From assembly GCF_013106755.1 (NCBI RefSeq), contig NZ_WHPF01000010.1, positions 162,335-226,334 of the forward strand: a DNA stretch of 64,000 nt. Direction: 5' to 3'. This DNA is from Limnovirga soli (lineage in GTDB: Bacteria > Bacteroidota > Bacteroidia > Chitinophagales > Chitinophagaceae). How positions within the stretch are numbered: the stretch's first letter is position 1; every line of letters begins with the position of its first letter. Below the pieces are notes generated by a model. The model was not told the origin of the DNA, did no database searches, and was given only the letters and a program-made list of their open reading frames with translations. Position numbers and translations under genes: made by a program. Shown here piece after piece: positions 59,645 to 64,000 of this stretch.

Positions 59645-59938
59645 ATGAATATTTTAGATTTTATAAAAACTACTGAAGAAACCACCCAACCGGCAGGGTT
59701 AACAGTGCACCTGGCAGCACTTTGGCAGGATGCAAAAGGCGATTGGCAGGCTGCACATAGTTTGATAGACCAGTTAACAGATACCACATCGGCATGGGTA
59801 CATGCTTATCTGCACCGTAAAGAAGGGGATAACAGCAATGCCCGTTACTGGTATAACCGTGCAGGCAAACCTTTCCCTTCTATTAGTTTACAGGAAGAAT
59901 GGACTGTGATAGCCACGGCCTTATTGGCAAAACGCTAA
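59645..59938 (+). CDS. Small hypothetical protein (about 97 aa)
   Basis: The ORF has no recognisable motifs. First ATG at 59645. It is preceded by an array of three palindromic operators. Confidence 0.4.
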   Translation: MNILDFIKTTEETTQPAGLTVHLAALWQDAKGDWQAAHSLIDQLTDTTSAWVHAYLHRKEGDNSNARYWYNRAGKPFPSISLQEEWTVIATALLAKR

Positions 59939-59939
59939 T

Positions 59940-59985
59940 GCCGCCACAAAGGAGGAACCCTGAACCGAGCGTGGCAAGTAAAGCC
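59940..59985 (+). repeat. Family-2 element (GCCGCCACAAAGGAGGAACCCTGAACCGAGCGTGGCAAGTAAAGC) abutting the stop of the small ORF
   Basis: Direct read. Confidence 0.8.
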
Positions 59986-60009
59986 TGATATTTATTCTAC
60001 TGTTGGTAA

Positions 60010-60048
60010 CATAAAAAAAGAGCCGTTATTTACTAACGACTCTTTCTG
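60010..60048 (-). terminator. Candidate terminator after the flotillin-like gene (minus strand)
   Basis: On the minus strand: stem AAAGAGTCG...CGGCTCTTT (one mismatch) followed by TTTTTTTAT. Confidence 0.5.
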
Positions 60049-60063
60049 CTAACAGATAGTTTA

Positions 60064-61986
60064 TTAATTAGCATTGGGCGTGCTGTCTGTATTCTTTTTA
60101 TCCTGCAACATTTGCAATAACTGCAAACCCATAAGACCACTTAAAGAACCATCAGATCCATTGTTACCGCTTACAATTAAATCGGGTATAATTTTAATAT
60201 TACCCTTACCAATTTCTTCGGTAATCTTAAACTTGGTAAAGTTATCGCCACCCATTGCACGTACCTGCAATTCGTAGGCTTCGGCGGTAGACTTACCAAT
60301 GGCCATAATTTTCTCTGCTTCGGCCAAACCGGTTTTAGCAATTTGTTCAGCTTGTGCGCTGGCATTTAGTTTTGTAGCATCGGCTTGTGCACCGGCCCTT
60401 GCACGGGTAGCTTCTGCCTCGGCACTGGCACGCATTTTTGTGGCTTCTGCTTCGGCGTTTACATTTAGTTTTAAACTGGTGGCATCACCTTCTGCTTTTT
60501 TAACAGTAGCATCGGCAGTGCGTTGTGCAATTTCTACGCTTTGCTGTGCTTTTACTATTTCTTTCTGCATATCGGCAATAGCGGTTTCCTTTTCCATACC
60601 CTGGCGTTTTTCCTGCGCCATTCTTTGGGTTTCGTAGGTTTTTTCTTCTTCCTGGGCAATCTTCCTGTTGGTTAAGGTTTTCATTAATGCTTCAGGAGGC
60701 ACTATGTCGCCAATAAGCGTGTCAACCGCGTTTACGTTATAATCATCCAATACTGCTTTAATATGCTCTTTAGCAGCAGTCTGACGCTCTTTACGGGTGG
60801 TTAAGAAACTAATTACATCGCTGTCCTGTGCACTATTACGGAAATAGTTACCAATAGTAGGTTCCAATACCTGCGATACCAGGTTACCCATACTACCAAA
60901 ACGGGCAATCACTTTTGGTGCTTCGTTGGCGGGTATATGTATAATCTGCGCTACATCCAGGTTAAAAGGGAAACCGTCTTTTGAACGCACGGTAATGGTA
61001 GACAGATTTTTATCCAGGTTATGCGATTCACTTCTGGCATTGGCCCAGTTTAATACCAGGTTGGTGGTAGGCACCAGTTCTACCTTCATGGTATATTTAT
61101 TAATGGGGTATTTACCGGGGCCCAGGGGCTCCATCCATACACCACGGAAACCTTTACTTACAATATTACCGTGTTTAAAACTATCGCCGGTTACGTCCAC
61201 CCCATCTTCACCAATATAACTGATTACTACGCCTACGTGGCCAATAGGTACATCGGTCATGGGGTTTTCTTCAATTTGTACTGCCCATGGGTTTATATAA
61301 TAGCTACCGGCCAATATAACCTGTGGTTGTAAACCACGGCAACCGCCATTGTTCATAAAAGTGTCGATATCCTGGAAGTTATTGTGCCCGTCTACATTAT
61401 TACCGGCAATTTTACCTTGAGGAATGGGCTGACCATCCAGTGATGTAATGATACCCACCATGTTTTCATTAATAATGATTTGGTCGGCAATGGTTACATC
61501 AAATAAAAAGCTGTTGATACGGTAAGAACCGGCGGTAATATAAGCGGTTTGTCTACCACGCTGGCCGCCATTATCCAGGAATTTTTGCGCATCCTGATAA
61601 TTATCGCTGTCAACCTTACGTGCCAGAATTCTACCGGTAGGTATTTCTGCACCATCCTTACTAAGTACCAGTCCAATCTTGCCTTCGGGTATTACAGTAA
61701 AGGGTATCATGTCTACCCCATACTGCCAAGGCCACATACCCCAGTACAAACCCGGCGCAAGTGTTTTAGCTTGAAAACCCGCTTCACCCTTAGTAGCAAT
61801 AATACGTCCATCAGGTAATTCGCGGTTAGCACCAAATAACACGAATTTTTTGGTGGCCAATCCAATTCTGTTCTCTGGTACTATTACCATACCAAAGAAA
61901 ACACGCAGAATAAACTTGTAAAACAATAAGAATAATAATACAATAAAAATCCACCAATAGGAGGATAAAATGCCTGAAATGTCCAT
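60064..61986 (-). CDS. SPFH/band-7 (flotillin-like) membrane protein with C-terminal coiled-coil repeats
   Basis: N-terminal TM helix (ILSSYWWIFIVLLFLLFY). Extended SPFH region. C-terminal 11-residue Ala/Glu-rich periodic repeats (EATKMRASAEAEATRARAGAQADATKL). Confidence 0.75.
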   Translation of the reverse strand: MDISGILSSYWWIFIVLLFLLFYKFILRVFFGMVIVPENRIGLATKKFVLFGANRELPDGRIIATKGEAGFQAKTLAPGLYWGMWPWQYGVDMIPFTVIPEGKIGLVLSKDGAEIPTGRILARKVDSDNYQDAQKFLDNGGQRGRQTAYITAGSYRINSFLFDVTIADQIIINENMVGIITSLDGQPIPQGKIAGNNVDGHNNFQDIDTFMNNGGCRGLQPQVILAGSYYINPWAVQIEENPMTDVPIGHVGVVISYIGEDGVDVTGDSFKHGNIVSKGFRGVWMEPLGPGKYPINKYTMKVELVPTTNLVLNWANARSESHNLDKNLSTITVRSKDGFPFNLDVAQIIHIPANEAPKVIARFGSMGNLVSQVLEPTIGNYFRNSAQDSDVISFLTTRKERQTAAKEHIKAVLDDYNVNAVDTLIGDIVPPEALMKTLTNRKIAQEEEKTYETQRMAQEKRQGMEKETAIADMQKEIVKAQQSVEIAQRTADATVKKAEGDATSLKLNVNAEAEATKMRASAEAEATRARAGAQADATKLNASAQAEQIAKTGLAEAEKIMAIGKSTAEAYELQVRAMGGDNFTKFKITEEIGKGNIKIIPDLIVSGNNGSDGSLSGLMGLQLLQMLQDKKNTDSTPNAN

Positions 61987-62150
61987 AGTTGTTTTGTTTA
62001 ATGGTTGTTGAAATAAATGTTGGTTGTTATTGGCTTTTATTAGAAAGTTGTTGCTTTTAAGTGGCTGTATATTTTATCAGCCAAGCTACTAAATACGCCA
62101 GCTTCCGCAAAATGCCAATAATATGTTGCTGTTAAATGTGTATAAATTGT

Positions 62151-62333
62151 TTACCATAAAAGTGGATGAATTAGCATCTCGGCAATACTGTTACCCATAC
62201 CACTGGCAGGTGCAGGTATTTTTTTATGTTGTTTATGCGAAACAGTGGTGATAACAGCTGCATGGCTGTTATGGTGCAACAGCGCATACATTGTTATTGC
62301 TGCCAGTATAATCACCAATAATATTGGTTTCAT
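62151..62333 (-). CDS. Small secreted/membrane His-rich peptide (60 aa), hypothetical
   Basis: Signal-like N-terminus MKPILLVIILAAITMYALL followed by HHNSHAAVITTVSHKQHKK. Only 164 bp upstream of the flotillin-like gene. Weak gene call. Confidence 0.3.
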   Translation of the reverse strand: MKPILLVIILAAITMYALLHHNSHAAVITTVSHKQHKKIPAPASGMGNSIAEMLIHPLLW

Positions 62334-62731
62334 GTTGTTGTTTAATTACAGTTGGTGTAGGGGCATACTGGTAAGGTAAAGGCAACAGTACAATATACTG
62401 ATTAGCCAATTTTACAATATGCCCAAACGAAAAATGCAAAAAAGAATGCTGAAATAATTACCGGAAAAAGTTCTGCTGTTTAAGTGCGGAAATTTATCTG
62501 CGGGGTGGTTTAACTCTTTGCCTGCAACGTGCCAAGAGAAACTCGAGTATGTGGTTCATAACTGGTGGAGACTGGCTCCTGTTTGTTTTGGAATTGTAAA
62601 GATACTATCAACGGCAGGGATTAACGAAGATAATCCATGACCAATGGGACTGGCGGTTTCACCAATGGTAAAGTATGCTTGATGAGTGGTAACCGGAAAC
62701 AAATAAGTGTACCTGTAAGTATATAAACAAC

Positions 62732-63802
62732 TTATCTATCGGCCAATACCCTTTTAAACCGCTGTACATCTGCCAGGGGATTAATAGGCAACTGGTGTAA
62801 TAAGTGCTGGGTAAGTTCATGGGCAAAAAATGGTGCCAGCGAACAACCCTTGGTACCCATACCATTTAAAATGCCCAATAATGGCTGGTGCGGATGCAGT
62901 CCCACAAAAGGCCGGCGCTCAATATTGGCGGGCCGCTCAGCAGCCAAATGATCGGTAATGGTATAAGGTATGCGCAGCCAATAGTTTAATTGCTCTTCCA
63001 CCTTTTTTCTAAAAGCGACGGTAGGCAAAACATCTTCATAATCCCATACATAGTTCGATCCTATCCAGAAAAGTCCATCCTTCCATGGAACAATGGTGAT
63101 GCCTTGCTTATACAATTGGGTACGGGGTAAACCGGGTATATCTGCAATAATGGCTTCGCCTTTGGTGCGTACATAGGGCAATTTATTAAACCAGGGCAGG
63201 TTAAAGCCGGCAACCCCATCGCAACAAATTATTTTAGCGGCGCTAAAATCCTTATACTGCACTTCTTCTGCTGCGGTATTAAAAACCAGCTCCCCATGGT
63301 TAAATGTTTCTTCCAGTAAAAGCTGGTGTTGTTGCAAATACAATCTCCAATTGGCCAGCATGGCTTGCAGGTGCAATATCAATGCAGGTTGTATTTTGCC
63401 AATGCCATAATTGTATCTAAAAAAGTGTTGCCAGCTGGCATCTTCCTCCTTATCGGGCAGGTGCAAATAGGTGGGTTCCTGTGGCAGCCGCTCAGCAAAA
63501 GCCTGTTGCATTTGGGGTGTTGGGTGAAAATCCAATATGCTGCTTTCCTCTACCAGCGTGGTGTTTATCTGCTGCCCCAATTGTGTATAAGCGTCTATAG
63601 CAAAAGGCAACAAATCTTCAATCATCCAGGTACGTACAATGCGGCGACCGGTAACGGGATTAATAATACCACTGGCCACCTTGGTAGCGGTAAAGGGCTG
63701 TGGCGCATCTATCACCAGAACAGATTTGCCGGCTTTTAATAAGTTCCAGCTTAAAAATGTACCGCAAAGGCCCTGACCAACAATAATATAATCTACCCGC
63801 AT
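62732..63802 (-). CDS. FAD-dependent oxidoreductase (DAO/MnmC-C-terminal-like)
   Basis: Dinucleotide-binding N-terminus MRVDYIIVGQGLCGTFLSWNLLKAGKSVLVID. Confidence 0.75.
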   Translation of the reverse strand: MRVDYIIVGQGLCGTFLSWNLLKAGKSVLVIDAPQPFTATKVASGIINPVTGRRIVRTWMIEDLLPFAIDAYTQLGQQINTTLVEESSILDFHPTPQMQQAFAERLPQEPTYLHLPDKEEDASWQHFFRYNYGIGKIQPALILHLQAMLANWRLYLQQHQLLLEETFNHGELVFNTAAEEVQYKDFSAAKIICCDGVAGFNLPWFNKLPYVRTKGEAIIADIPGLPRTQLYKQGITIVPWKDGLFWIGSNYVWDYEDVLPTVAFRKKVEEQLNYWLRIPYTITDHLAAERPANIERRPFVGLHPHQPLLGILNGMGTKGCSLAPFFAHELTQHLLHQLPINPLADVQRFKRVLADR

Positions 63803-63850
63803 GCTGCAAAGAAACTACAGCCAGCCGAGGCAACAAAAAACTAATTATTG

Positions 63851-63899
63851 GCCCGGCAGTAGCGCCAGTGGCAACTTTACTTGCGTCGCACTATTGTAC
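63851..63899 (+). repeat. Family-1 element (GCCCGGCAGTAG ... CTTTACTTGCGTCGCACTATTGTAC)
   Basis: Direct read. Confidence 0.85.
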
Positions 63900-64000
63900 G
63901 GTTGGATACTTTATTCGGCAATTATTGGCGGGCAAATTATAGCAACTAACATTGGGTAGGTGCCTACCAAAAAAATGGTACTATGGATATTACCCACACT

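Overview
The window appears to be a 64-kb chromosomal segment from a Bacteroidota genome, probably Chitinophagaceae or Sphingobacteriia-like. This taxonomic guess rests on about 42% GC, SusC-type and T9SS-tail proteins, and a TAnnTTTG-type promoter box. About 49 protein-coding genes are supported and are listed below. No rRNA, tRNA, CRISPR array or transposase was seen.

The most striking feature is non-coding. Almost every intergenic gap carries one or two copies of a conserved element of about 50 bp. It consists of the box GCCCGGCARTAG, then about 18 bp, then the core CTTGCGTCGCAC(A/T)CTTGTAC. I count 28 copies. Five of them are full palindromic composites of 175-220 bp, and six use the core variant GTTGTGTCACTCACTTGTAC. 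A second family with the core GCCGCCAcAAAGGaGGAACCCTGAACCGAGCGTGGCAAG is present in 5 copies. Translation of these repeats creates spurious small ORFs and false N-terminal extensions in the six-frame ORF track.

Other candidate regulatory DNA:
- a 16-bp perfect palindrome found twice, flanking a marR gene that heads a six-gene oxidoreductase cluster
- three GTGAT-N2-ATCAC operators spaced about 21 bp apart upstream of a small ORF
- perfect palindromes upstream of the ThuA/PQQ-dehydrogenase/cytochrome c gene, the ABC exporter and an esterase

All product calls come from motif recognition in the translated ORFs. No database search was run.
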